The notes beneath the pieces are model-generated. The model did not search any database and had not been told where the DNA came from. It was given only the letters and a program-made list of their open reading frames with translations. From positions 91,388,001 through 91,452,000 of the forward strand of contig CM060731.1 in NCBI GenBank assembly GCA_030704615.1: a DNA stretch of 64,000 nucleotides, given 5' to 3'. This document shows, piece by piece, positions 35,487 to 48,539 of this stretch. Made by a program: the position numbers and the translations under genes. Each line of letters begins with the position of its first letter. Position 1 is the stretch's first letter. The stretch is from Takakia lepidozioides. Taxonomy: Eukaryota; Plantae; Bryophyta.

Positions 35487-35892
35487 TTATATACTGTCCC
35501 AGTCTCCAGGTGACCGTTGCCACACACTCAGGCGACCGCCAAGTACTCCCAATGGTATCTGCCACGTTGGCGGCGACCGTCTTTCAGCGATCGCCTGACC
35601 CCCACCCCCTCCCCGAAAGGCCACCAGTGGAAGGCAGAAGCCCCGCCCCCCTTGGCGACCGCCACTATGGGCGTCCGTTTGTGGCGGTCGCCCTACCCAA
35701 CACAAACCCCTTGCGGGCGACTGAACCGGGCCTGGGCGCCCAAGCCCTAGCCCCAACACACCCCCCTCCCCTCCCGCTAGGTGACCACCAATATGGTCGC
35801 CCTGGTCAACAAAAAGAGAAAAAATTTCGGGACCGCCAGCATTGGCGGTCCCAAGAACGGGCGGTCGCCCGCCATGCCTCCCTGGTCGCCGA
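35487..35892 (-). promoter_or_regulatory. GGCGRYCGCC array and TATA upstream of the hAT transposase
   Basis: Motif array at 35510-35892; TATATAA on the minus strand at 35493-35487. Confidence 0.45.
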
Positions 35893-35976
35893 GAGATTAT
35901 TATTATTATTATTATTATTATTTAAAAAAACAAATTTGGTACCTGCGGTCCGGATTTTCTATTAAGAAATTGAAAC

Positions 35977-36039
35977 GGGTTTAGGGTTTAGGGTTTCTAG
36001 GGTTTAGAGTTTGGGGTTTAACCGTGTACCCTAAACCCT
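35977..36039. repeat. Head-to-head telomere repeats (TTTAGGG)n / (CCCTAAA)n
   Basis: GGGTTTAGGGTTTAGGGTTTCTAGGGTTTAGAGTTTGGGGTTTA-ACCGTGTA-CCCTAAACCCT. Confidence 0.85.
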
Positions 36040-39005
36040 TTCAACCAATTTTCGTAGACCTGATAATTGACATGTACTCGTGAGAAGGTATGTCTATGTC
36101 CAACACACTTGCAAAAATTGAAAGCAATCCAAAATCATTTGAACATCGAACGATGGGTTCACCCTTTGAATCAATTTTGATTGACCTGGTACTTGAGAGG
36201 AGCCTGTGACAAGGTGTGTCCAACACAGTTGCAAAGATTGAAAGCAATCACAAATTCATTTCACCAGGGAATGATGAGTTCACCCTCTGAACCAATTTTG
36301 ATTGACCTCATACTCAACAGGTACCTTTGACAAGGTATGTCCAACACACTCGCAAAGATCGAAAGCAATGAAAAATCATTTCACCAGGGAACGATGAGTT
36401 CACCCTCCGAACCAATTTTGATTGACCCGATACTCAACAGGTACCTTTGAAAGGGAATGTCCAACACACTCGCAAAGATTGAAAACAATAAAAAATCATT
36501 TGAACAACAAACGATGGGTTCACCTTTTCAATCAATTTTGATTGACCTCATACTGGACAGGTCCTTCTGATAAGGTGTGTCAAACACACTCGCAATGTTT
36601 AAAAGCAATCCAAAATCATTTCACTAGGGAACGATGAGCTCACCCTCTGAACCAATTTTGATTGACCTGATACTTGAGATGAGCCTGTGACAAGGTATGT
36701 CCAACACACTCGCAAAGATTGGAAGCAATCAAAAATCATTTGAACAGCGAACGATGGGTTCATCCTTTGAATCAATTTTGATTGACCTGATACTCGACAC
36801 ATACCTCTCACAAGGTATGTCCAACACACTCGCAATGTTTGAAAACAATAAAAAATCATTTGATCAGCGAACGATGGGTTCACCCTTTCAATCAATTTTG
36901 ATTGAGCTGATACTGGACACGTATCTCTGACAAGGTATGTCCAACACACTCACAATGTTTGCAAGCAATCAAAAATCATTTGATCAGCGAACGATGGGTT
37001 CACCCTTTCAATCAATTTTGATTGACCTGATACTCGACACGTACCTCTGACAAGGTATGTCCAACACACTCACAATGTTTGAAAGCAATAAAAAATCATT
37101 TGAACAGCGAACGATGGGTTCACTCTTTCCATCAATTTTGATTGACTTCATACTTGAGAGGAGCATGTGACAAGGTATGTCCAACACATTCGCAAAGATT
37201 GAAAGCAATCCAAAATTCATTTGAACATCGAACGATGGGTTCACCCTTTCAATCAATTTCGATTGACCTGATACTCGACATGTATCTCTGACAAGGTATG
37301 TCCAACACACTCGCAAAAATTTAAAGCTATCAAAAATCATTTGATCACCAAACAATGGGTTCACCCTTTCAATCATTTTCGATTGACCTGATACTCGACC
37401 TCTGACAAAGTATGTCCAACACACTCGCAAAGATTGGAAGCAATCAAAAATGATTTGAACAACGAACGATGGGTTCACCCTTTGAATCAATTTTGAATGA
37501 CCTGATACTCAACACGTACTTCTGACAAGGTACACTCGCAATGTTTGAAAGCAATAAAAAATCATTTGAACAACGAACGATGGGTTCGACTTCATACTTG
37601 AGAGGAGCATGTGACAAGGTATGTGGAACACACTCGCAAAGATTGGAAGCAAACAAAAATCATTTGAACAGCGAACGATAGGTTCGACTTCATACTTGAG
37701 AGGAGCATGTGACAAGGTATGTCCAACACACTCGCAAAGATTGGAAGCAATAAAAAATCATTTGAACAGCGAACGATGGGTTCACCCTTTGAATCAATTT
37801 CGATTGACCTGATACTCGACACGTACCTCTGACAAGGTATGTGGAACACACTCGCAAAGATTGGAAACAATAAAAAATCATTTGAACATCGAACGATGGG
37901 TTCACCCTTTGAATCAATTTTGATTGACCTGATACTCGACACGTACCTCTGAGAAGGTATGTCCAACACACTCGCAATGTTTGAAAGCAATCAAAAGTCA
38001 TTTGAACAGCGAACGATGGATTTGACTTCATACTTGAGAGGAGCATGTGACAAGGTATGTCCAACACACTCGCGACGTGATACTTGACACGTAACTCTGA
38101 CAAGGTATGTCCAACACACTTGCAAAGATTGGAAGCAATCAAAAATCATTTGAATAGCGAACGATGGGTTCACCCTTTGAATCAATTTTGATTGATCTAA
38201 TACTCGACACGTACCTCTGAGAAGGTATGTCCAACACACTCGCAATGTTTGAAAGTAATAAAAAATCATTTGAACAACAAACGATGGGTTTGACTTCATA
38301 CTTGAGAGGAGCATATGACAAGGTATGTCCAACACACTCGCAAAAATTGGAAGCAATCAAAAATCATTTGAACAACGAACGATGGGTTCACCCTTTGAAT
38401 CAATTTGGATTACCTGATACTTGACACGCACCTCTGACAAGGTATATCCAACACACTGGCAAAGATTGGAAGCAATCAAAAATAATTTGAACAGCGAACG
38501 ATGGGTTCAACCTTTCAATCAATTTCAATTGACCTGATACTCGACACGTACCTCTGACAAGGTATATCCAACACACTTGCAATGTTTGAAAGCAATAAAA
38601 AATCATTTGAACAGCGAACGATGGGTTCACCCTTTCAATCAATTTTGATTGACTTCATACTTGAGAGGAGCATGTGAAAAGGTATGTGGAACACACTTGC
38701 AAAGATTGGAAACAATCAAAAATCATTTGAATAGTTCACGATGGGTTCACCCTCTAAACCAATTTTGATTGACCTCATACTTGAGAGAAGCCTGTGAGAA
38801 GGCATGTCCAACACTCTCGCAAAGATTCAAAGCAATCAAAATTCATTTGAACAGTTCACGATGGGTTCACCCTTTCAATCAAATTTGCTTCACCTGATAC
38901 TTGAGAGGACCTGTGACAAAATATGTCCAACACATTCGCAAAGAATGAAAGCAATAAAAATTCATTTGAACAGCAAACGATGAGTTCACCCTTTCAATCA
39001 ATTTC
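36040..39005. repeat. 120-bp tandem satellite (about 25 units)
   Basis: ATTGA(C/G) recurs every 120 bp from 36301 to 37141. Unit contains CAAGGTATGTCCAACACACTCGCAA and GAACGATGGGTTCACCCTTT; some shorter deletion variants. Confidence 0.97.
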
Positions 39006-39006
39006 T

Positions 39007-39735
39007 ACGCGGTCGCCCGGCTCCTGGTCCCCATCGTTTTTTTTTTGTACCCCTGCGGCTACTGTTGGCGGTCGCCGGTTGGGGGGTCGGGACCGCGAGA
39101 CTTTCTTGAAATTTGTTTACCCATTCAGCGGTCCCTTTTATTTATTTTATTTTATTTTATTTATTATTATTTTATTAATGTTTCCACTTGGTTTTTTACC
39201 CATGAGGCAACCGCTTCGGCGGTCGGCAATTGGGGGCTCAGAACCGCCAGACTGGCAGTCCCCACCTTTTTGGTTTTTTGTTTCCACTTGTTTTTGTACC
39301 CATGAGGTGATAGCCTCGGCGGTCGCCGATGAGGGGCTCGGGACCGCCAGACTGGTGGTCCCCACCTTTTCATTTTGTTTCTTTTTGTTTTTGTACCCAT
39401 GAGGCGACCGCTGCGGCGGTCGCCGTTTGGGGGCTCGGGACCGGTAGACTGGCGGTCCCAATGTCGCTCCTGGCCGTGTGTGGGGGGGGGCTGCCAGGCG
39501 ACCGCTATAGTGGCGGTCGCCACCATCGCCACGTCACCCAACACACAAGCGACTGCCGCTGTGGCGGTCGCCGGAGTTGCCATGTCATGTGCCCCGTAGG
39601 CGACCGCCATTGTGGCGATCGCCCATCTTGCCACCCTTTCTTGCCCTCTTAAAGTGTAGTGTATTAATTGGAAGAGGGCAATGGCTCGGGGCGCCTATAA
39701 AGGAGGGTAGGCCCCTCTTCACTTTCACTCCAAGC
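39007..39735 (+). promoter_or_regulatory. GGCGRYCGCC array and TATA upstream of the second RING-like paralog
   Basis: Motif array with short internal tandem duplications; TATAAA at 39696 followed by CACTTTCACTCC. Confidence 0.5.
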
Positions 39736-40087
39736 TCAGCTTTGTTGCCCTCGGATGTGTGGCATTCGTGGAAGAGAGTTGGCTAGGAGGGGCCCATGGA
39801 AAGGGGTCATGAAGTTTTGCCTTTTCTTCCATGGAAACCGCTGGTAAACCTTTGAACCATTTTCATTGGATTTAAACTATTTTTCAAATGTTGTGTCGTG
39901 TAGTTGAAGAGATGCAAGTAGTGAAAAGGGGAGACAAATGGGTCGAGCCTCCTCAGTGTCGGCATAGGTACGACATATGTAAATATATATTTTAAGTATG
40001 ATCATGGTGGTGGTAGTCACAAATGATCACTACAGAGTATTGTTTTGGTTTTCTGCAGGGCGATTTGCGGGCCAATATTGAAGGGTT

Positions 40088-42217
40088 GTGAATACAAGCA
40101 CGCATGACATTCCCCGCAAAATGGCTGAAGGAAGCGAAGATGGGCGTCCCGTACCCCAACATATTGGACCTGAGCAGGCAAGCAACAAATCTTATCGCAA
40201 AGATGTAAGGCAACAATTGAACAGCGAAATTTCGCAAAATTGGGATGTTCTGGCCGAAGAGGGTTGGGAGGACTTTCCTTTGAATTGCAAGTGGACATGG
40301 TTTTGATGCACAAAATACGTGAAAATGCATCATATAAACTGTTTGTGGCCTTTGGAAAGACATGCGGTGCAAACGAGGCAAAATTATTTGGAATTCGCTT
40401 CCTGCATGGACGAACATTTTCGGCATAGGGCACGTGAGGTGAGCCTTAAATTGTGGGGCGAGGAGTTGTACAAAAACCTAATTAACTACACCTTAGCAGC
40501 TATGGTGTATGTAGAGCTTCTTTTGCACAAAGTTGTGGACTGGCAAACCGCCACAAAGAGGAAGAAGCCGAAAGTATGGCCTGGTAGTGACATTCCCGAC
40601 GCTTTTGTGCAATAGCTTCAACCCACGGAGCAAGTGCAGGGTAAGTCTGCATTGTTGGAGCATGAGGCTTCAACGCTCGAATCAATGCAACCAAGTCTCA
40701 TGAAAGAACTGGCCACACGAGACCGTCGAATCAAAGAACTGGAGGAGCTCGTTGAAAAGCAGAGGAAACAAATACTGGACTTGCAAATGAAATTGGAATC
40801 AACTTGCCATTCCGTCGATGTTCATAATTGTACCGCACCAGTCATCCATAGAACCGCCAACTATAAACAGATGCATACTAAAGCGAGCCAAGGGGTAGGA
40901 GAAATGGTCATGGCAGATTCCGAAGCCGGGCCGATACCCGGGTATATAGAATACATTGTGCCAAACGAACAACAAATTGTGAATGAAAGAAGTCGGAAAG
41001 GGAAAGAGGTCATGCTTGAATCCGTAGAATGTTCGAGGACAACCGTTCACACTGATTATTTTGGTGAATTGTATGAGGTGGTTAGGGAGCGGGATACTGC
41101 TAGGGCGGTTGCCAGCTCCCGTTTGGCGCACGATATGGACATTCGGAGGTATGTACCAGGGGTTGGGCATTGGGAAAATTGGGTGTGGTTTGGAATTTTT
41201 TTGGCATCACGAGTAAGAGAAACGGAGTGGGCGTTGTCTCAACTACAAGAGAATGCAGGTATGCCAGGCGGCCTTTATCGGGACAACATTACCGCTAACT
41301 TGGAGAGGTATAACGCAATAAGGAGAACTTGCAGTTCACTGGGTTCACCCTCTGGGCTGATGTAAAAGAAATGTTAACGTTGTTCGCACACAATTTCTAA
41401 TACCAACATGAGCATTAATTGGGAACTGGAGATTGAGGAAGAGTGGGATACGAGGCCACGAAAATCAGCCCATGTGAAACTCAATGATCGTACGGATATA
41501 CTACAAAACCCTGTGCCTTCATTCATCACAGATGTATGCACGATTTGTGAAAACCCCTTTGGACAGAGGTAGCACACATGCTTGGGTCTTGTGGGCATTT
41601 CTTCCACAACACATGTCTTGGAGGAGATCATGCCAATAGGGTACGAATACAACAGACACAACTTGCCAATGGACCAAGAGCCTTTCTCGTTTCTCAATTT
41701 GCGGAATTGGGGTGAAGTCATGTTGTGGAATCCATATACAAGGATGCATGACCTAATTGCGGAGGATACAAGCAGAGAGTTCAACATGGATACATTCTGG
41801 GTCACATCAAACTGGGAAATCATGAAACGTGCGCGATGCATACCCAATGCTGAAGAAAGATAACTGTTTTGCCGGCATTTTGGAGGATATTGGAGTGAAA
41901 GAAAAGGTAGGTTCTTCCGAATGCCAGAGTCTCTTGTGACAGGGGTGAATATGGAGAAATACGACGAACAACCACTTGGGAGGATGTCATTTCAACTCAC
42001 AATGGAAAGAGCATCCACAGAATATATACACCTCCTCGACGCATACAATGTTGATAGTACAGATGAAGAGGAGGAGGATGCAAAAGCAAGAGAGATGTTG
42101 GATGAATATAAATCAACAATCAATTCAATGTTGATGAACTGGAACATGTTAGTGGATGCCCAGTTGCGTGGTCTTCCTTATTGGCATTTGGCGGATGGCC
42201 CAACAATAATTGCATAA
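40088..42217 (+). pseudogene. Diverged paralog of the 29749-31412 gene (RING largely deleted)
   Basis: Shared blocks YTLAAMVYVE, VDWQTATKRK, (K/R)DRRI, KGKE, ERDTARA, WE(F/L)E(M/I)EEEWD and MPIGYE(L/Y)NRHN(F/L)P(L/M)DQEP. Confidence 0.85.
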
Positions 42218-42829
42218 TTGAATGTAGCCTTTGGTTTCAACAACAATGTTGCTTGCAACTTACCTTCACCTGCAGCACGGCGCCAAAATCAACGTGCCGA
42301 AGAAATTACAGAAGCGCATTCATCTGTGACACAACGTTTGATGGGAAGGGTGGAATAACATTTGCTAAGACTGGGACCCCCCCCATACTCGATCAATGGC
42401 AAGACTTACAGGCCGCACCATGAACCTCAGTATCAACATGCCATCTACTGGTGTACATCTATCAAAAGATGGTTGGAGTGGAACCCGTATGCAGATATAG
42501 GATGAGTAGTTGCCAAGTTAAACTTCCATGAATTTCTTTGATCTTCATGAAGTGCAACCGCCACTTTCGAAACAATTGTGTATATGAAATTTGGGAATTT
42601 TGTCACTTGTCAATTGTCAGGTTTCAATGGAATCATGAATGCAATGAAAAAACATATGTTTCACATCATATATGAATCATTTCATGGCCACAAGAAACTT
42701 GAAAATCATCTCAATGCGCAATTTCAAAATGTCAGTGTGCTTTTACAACCACGCGAGAAAATTGGGTACAATCTAAAATTGTAACTCCATGAACCATCAT
42801 GCTATACCATACGGCGCTTGTAAAATTGC

Positions 42830-44311
42830 CTACAACATGTCCTTCTTATAGCAATCGTGAGGCTCCATCCAATTGAATGGTGGCGACATAAAACGTCGCC
42901 TTATGGCGCTCAACGTCGGTCGAGTCTCCTGAACAACATCGCATAGCTGCTCTAGAACAAAAGCAAAACATTCTGCCATGAATTTATCCTCAAACGCACT
43001 CCCATCGTAATGACTGCCACCATTGATTTTGTGTGCTATCTTACCAACAGCAAATGTTTCAGAAGCCATGCTCTGGGTGGGCCTTCGCGGTGTGCCATCC
43101 ACCAAATTATTTGTTGCCACGTGGACCATAGCAATCTCTAGCGCCACCCACCAACGCCGATGCAATTCCTCCTTAATTTTGCTGGTAGTTTCAAAAAGAT
43201 ATGGAGATATCTTCGCTGCCTCCGTGGAGGTTGCCATTCCCCAATCACACACCCTGATGTACATCTGGTCGGTACTATCTGGGAAATGCAACAAAATATT
43301 ACTCGGTGAAAGGTCATTGTGCATGACGTGGTTTTTATGAACACTATCCATAATGCTCAGCAGTGCCCAAGCCAATTTACTTTGGTGGCGGCGGTAACGA
43401 ACCAAACGGTTCACCTGCTCCTGTTCTTGCTCGGTCCAATGCTTTGCCAACACCTCCCTGTTATCCACCCGGCTCCCAAATCGTTCGTCACTCTTCCAAA
43501 CATCACGTAGGGAACCCCCATTCCACCACAATGTGTAACCCTCCAAGTCTCATGGATGAACACATATATATTTTATAATCCCATGATGTGCGAATCGCAC
43601 ACCTATGGCCTCTTCAAAATGTTGCCTCCTAGCAAGATGAGGATCTTTCTCCTTAGGTGTTCTCCCCGCCAATTGCCAATTAACATTAATTCAGATATCA
43701 CCCGCAATTCGTACCTTACGAACTCGTCCGAAGCCCCCCTCCCGTGGTGCATCCAACTGCTCCACCACTGCGTTTGAACTGAGGTACAACAATGCCGCTC
43801 CCTCTCCAGGAATGCTGTCGGGCTGCCTCCGTGTCAGTGACTTGGTGCGGCGATTTCCGTGGGCCTTCGCTGAATCCGCCCACCAGCCAACTCGCACAAA
43901 CAAGTCCTTCTCCCAAGCCGGCACCGGACCACTTGTCGTTTGTTTCACCATCGAACCAATAAACTGCTTGAGATTCCATGTGATGTCGTCCGCTCGATGT
44001 TCCACCCACTGGTCGAACTTGCGCTTCTCCCTCTCCTCTGTCCACTTCTCCCCGGCCAAAGCTTCCTGGATTTTTTGCTCCATCCGCAGTTCAAACTCGC
44101 AGAATCCATCATGTCCATGCCGGACATACGCACTTTGCAAGTACATCATGCTCTTCTCCATAAAATATGCTAGCACCAACTCCTTGACAACATCCCCGGT
44201 GGCTTTGCTGGCGTAATGGTCTCTGTTGATAGCGCTATCACGCTCCAATCCATGTTTCCTTTTTTTCCCTGATGAACTTCCCGTCCCAGTGCTAGACCCT
44301 GTTCCAGACAT
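42830..44311 (-). pseudogene. Intronless protein kinase-like gene with two in-frame TGA stops
   Basis: ORFs 44311-43691 and 43546-42830 share a frame. Gly-loop EGGFGRV, catalytic HNDLSPSNILL, CDWGMA (DFG equivalent), WWVALE (APE equivalent). N-terminal KKRK. Confidence 0.85.
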
Positions 44312-44726
44312 TGCTTGGTATGTTATGGCAAGAAAATGAAATTAGATCTTGGAACAGACTGCACAAAAATAGATTGTCACTCCTGACACCCCCCCTCAAC
44401 CGGCCTAAACCCTTCCCCCTCCCGATATAGCAAATCGGTTTGTGCACCCGTTTGGTCACACGCCGGACGTGACTCCAAACCAATTCTCTCGTCAGTTCAA
44501 GGATAAAAAACTCGAAAATCTCCCCCCTCAAATGCCAAGCACCCTTGCCTAAACCAATTCTCTCGTCAGTTTAGGGAAAAAAAAATCGAAAACCTCCCCC
44601 CTCCAATGCCAAGCACCCTTGCCTCTTCCAGTTCGAACTCTCGGACTCAGAACGCGAAGCATCCAAAGTACCCTCAAGCTTGAGAACGGGGAGGCAAAGG
44701 TGAAAAAATGGGGGGGAGGCCTGCCC

Positions 44727-45200
44727 TTTTATACCCCTCCACCCTCCACCCTCCCCCCCCCGCCCATACCCCAACCCAACCCCCCACCCGCATCCCGCCA
44801 CATGGCGGTCGCCCATCCCGCACGCGGCGCCACGTGGTGGTCCCGCCAGGCGACCGCACGTGGCGGTCGCCCTGTTCTCCCGCTGGAGACCGGCTCTTGG
44901 CAGTCGCCCTCTTCTCCCGCCTGCGACCTGCACGTGGCGATCATCCCCCGCCCCCGCCCCCCCCCCCCTGCCGCCTGATTGCCACCTCACTGGAGGCGAC
45001 CGCCACTATGGCGGTCATCTGCATGGCCACCTCAGGCGCCTCGAAGGCGACCGCCATGGTGGCGGCGATCACCACCACGTTTGGCAGAGTGGCGACCGCC
45101 ACTGAGGCGGGCGCTTGCCTCGCCACCTCACCCGGCTCCGGGGTGACTGACGCCAGCTCACTAGCTCTGAGGTGACCGCCACTTTGGCGTCACACTTGCC
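44727..45200 (-). promoter_or_regulatory. GGCGRYCGCC array and TATA upstream of the kinase
   Basis: Motif array at about 44780-45190; TATAAAA on the minus strand at 44733-44727. Confidence 0.5.
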
Positions 45201-45398
45201 ACCTCCTTGGGCTCGCCGGCAATTGTTCCATGCTGTCTAAGGACGTGGCAATGTTTTACCCATGTCTTTACCTACTGACGTGATGTGTGACCCAAATCCC
45301 GTCAGTGTCGCTGACGCCGACATGACGTGACGTGACGTCGGCCTGCAACCGGGGCCGGAACTGCCTGACTAAGGATAAAAAACGATCCGAAAATAAAA

Positions 45399-46053
45399 TT
45401 GTACCCATTTATGCATCGACAATGGGTTACAATATTGCTCACCTCCTCATCTAGCAAGGTCTCAGTGAATGGTCACTTATCAGCCTCATTTCCTCTTCAG
45501 CGGTCTGTACGCCAAGGGTGCCCCCTCTCACCCTTTTTTGTTTCTAGTGGTAGCAGATACACTGGGCTATATGCTGCAGCAAAACCAATTTATAAAGGGC
45601 CTCTGGGTCACTAACTACATCACCAAGCAATACACTTACTTGGTAGATTCAATATTCGTCAATGATACCTTTTTTGATGGTGCAAGCCACCCCGGAAAAC
45701 TTGGACCAAGCAGGACTTACCTTAAACACCTTTTGTACAGCCTCGGGTTTCAAAATCTATTGGAACAAAACTTCGGGACTGCTGGTAGGTGACCTGACAA
45801 CATCCACAATGGGAACACCTCCCTCATGGGGAGTGGATCAAGGGCTTAGATGGCTCAAACCTGGTGAGGCAACCACCTTGTTGGGCTATACATATGGAAT
45901 TAACCTGACAGACTAGCAGATATTTGCCTCTACAGTGGTCAAGTTGAAGAGGAAACTGACTTATTGGGGGTCAAAACACCTTTCAGTTATAGGCAGAGCC
46001 CTAGTGGCAAATCAGATCCATTCTGCTGGATTATGATATTATGCCAACTGTGT
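45399..46053 (+). mobile_element. L1-clade LINE ORF2, RT part (5' piece)
   Basis: SVNG..RSVRQGCPLSP, degenerate YADD (FVNDT), ASGFKIYWNKT, LSVIGRALVANQ..YYANC. Confidence 0.85.
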
Positions 46054-48539
46054 AGCAATATTGTTGTGTGTTTTTTATTGCTTTCTATCTGACTCTGTCT
46101 TTTCTCCAAGCATCTGAAGTCACTCGTCAAACTTCTTTCAATCTAATTGTCTTCCCTCTTCCTCTCCCTCTCCCCCAAACAGAGACAACACCATGCATAA
46201 AACACCACCTAAGATAAGGGTTCAAATCTGCTCATGACTCGTGCCATCCAGAGAATTGAAAGAACTAGTTGGTAAACCCCACTATATGAAGGATGCACTG
46301 CAACTTAGAAAAGAGAAGAACAGATGTACTGTTCTATGTCTGCATAGTGAACAACAACTATGACATTGCAAAGAGAGAAGAAAACCTGAAAAAAACCTGA
46401 CCCATATTCCACTTTACGAAGCCACCATAAAAATTGCGACACACACTTGCGGACCCCAGCCTGCATCCCTCCATAACACCCTAGCTGAGTCTTTATTGTC
46501 GAGAAAGGGCTATAGCTGGTAGTACTCAGAAGGCTCTATAAACACAAGGCTACTTATTGGGCTCTTCATAACCATTGTACCAGAGCTCCACTGAGTCTAG
46601 CAAAAGGGTTCAAACTAATGTATTGCTCATTGGTCTTAAGCACTGCATAGAGTGCCAACCACTAGGCCATCCCTTGGGTTATCTTGATCTCTACATAAAG
46701 TTTACAAGAAAGCATGGAAGAGAGAAACTATGATCCTCATTTTGTGTTAGAGGGGTCAGATGAGTAATTGAAATATCAGCATAACTTACCGTGCAATTGT
46801 TGAGAGCTCTCCTTCAACTCAATTTTAACTAATTGTGGACTGGATGAGTTCAGAAATAAGAATAAATGAAAATTTAAATGATATAATAAATTAAACACAT
46901 TTTTTTATTCCATTAATAATACATTAGTGCAATTATAAATTAGTCATATCCACTTTGTCCAGAGAAACATCACATATATTCGATAAGTTGAAATAACTTT
47001 GACTCTAATGTCGACATCCACGAAGAGATATAGAGAAAGAGTACAGACTTCAACAACATTGTAAAGAGCTTGAAGTCCAATACTCGCAAAAATTAGAAAA
47101 AACATTGAAATTGTTTGAGCTTCATGTACATTTCATCTCATCCCATGGAAAAGACAAACCAAACTTGCACAGAGATATGAAAAGATAATTTTTTATTTCA
47201 GAATGTCATTGAATAGACAGTGATACTCACTACCAAGTAACGTTGACATGCAAGTCGACTTATGCAGATACATACTACATAGCTTGCAACTTCTATAGCA
47301 AATTATCCGTACGCGCTACCATGACGGTAAATAATAATAGATGCCAAAACTGACATCATGGGATGCACATGTAAGATTGATATATTCTAAACTTAAGAAG
47401 AATTTACAAATGATGATTCTCTTCCCAAACGACTTGCATTTAGGGGATGAGTTCGAAGACGCCTTCGGTTGCCACATCCCCTTCCAGCTTGACTCTCAGC
47501 AACAAAAGAGAATGATCTATTTTCGGAATGGTCAAACATGTCATCAGAACTGATGCTTGAACGTGTGGTTGATGGAGTTGAAGATCTTGAGCCATTCTGA
47601 TGCAACTTCCAAATATGAATGTTGGCTTTCTCCTTGAGAACTCGACTCAATATAACAAGCTGCATGCGCTTCCTTGATTTGGAAGGACCACTATTTTTCT
47701 CTGGGGAAATAGACTTCTCCTGAACGCATGTAATGCATATTAGTGTACATTCATCAGCTATACCACAAATGAGAACCTAGACATTCATGTCGAGGTAAAT
47801 GCATACATGACATTGAATGGAGACAATATGAACATTTCCACAAGTATCGTCATTCCAGAGTATTTGTGAGAATATAACAAATGAATATACCAATAAAAAC
47901 CCTTCAAACAAACTAGAGAGCTCCATACGGTAACGAAAGATATGCTACAAGACAACAGCCCCGTGGTTACCTTTCGAATCCGTCTTGATTGTAACTATGT
48001 ACAACAAGTGCACGAGTCGGATGAATTTTGAAGCGATAGTAGAACATCTGATGCGATCCTCACGTCATAGGGGATCTTTTGCCTCTGACAAGTGGATCGA
48101 AACTTATCGGCGCCCTCCCACGTGTTTGGGCGAGACGCACGACATGAATCATCCACCGACTTTTTCCTCTTAAATATTCGAACGTTGAGTGCATGAGGGC
48201 ATGACATCTCACCATCTCACCCTAAAGACTTGAGATCTCCACATCCTAAATTGAATGCCAAATACTGAGATAACATTGGATTATAATGCAGAAGAAGACG
48301 TCGCCTCAATGGCAAGTTAAGCACTGCGTCCATTCTGACGTGGAGTAAACATGATCATTAGAATTGGAAAGGACGGAATAAAAAAAGACTGAATAAGATA
48401 ATTGCAGTATGCAATAACTCACCTTGCTCATCCTCAATTGGCGTGTCCATCCCTCGTGTTGCGTTGTGAATATCGAGATTTTTATTTGGGGCAAAGCGGC
48501 CACCTGTTCCACATCGCCCATGTTTGATTGAGTTGTAAC

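Larger units (their letters stand above)
28914..45354. mobile_element. 16.4-kb TIR-bounded element with hAT transposase and cargo genes
   Basis: Perfect 13-bp TIR CCCCGGTTGCAGG (28914) / CCTGCAACCGGGG (ends 45354). TGACGT/ACGTCA subterminal arrays at both ends. Flanks CCGAAA / CCGGAA. Confidence 0.78.

Noticed and set aside
36041-38642. ORFs in the 120-bp array
   Set aside because: Artefacts of a unit length divisible by three.
46054-48500. Short ORFs between the LINE piece and the MULE copy
   Set aside because: No recognisable motifs; cannot support a call.
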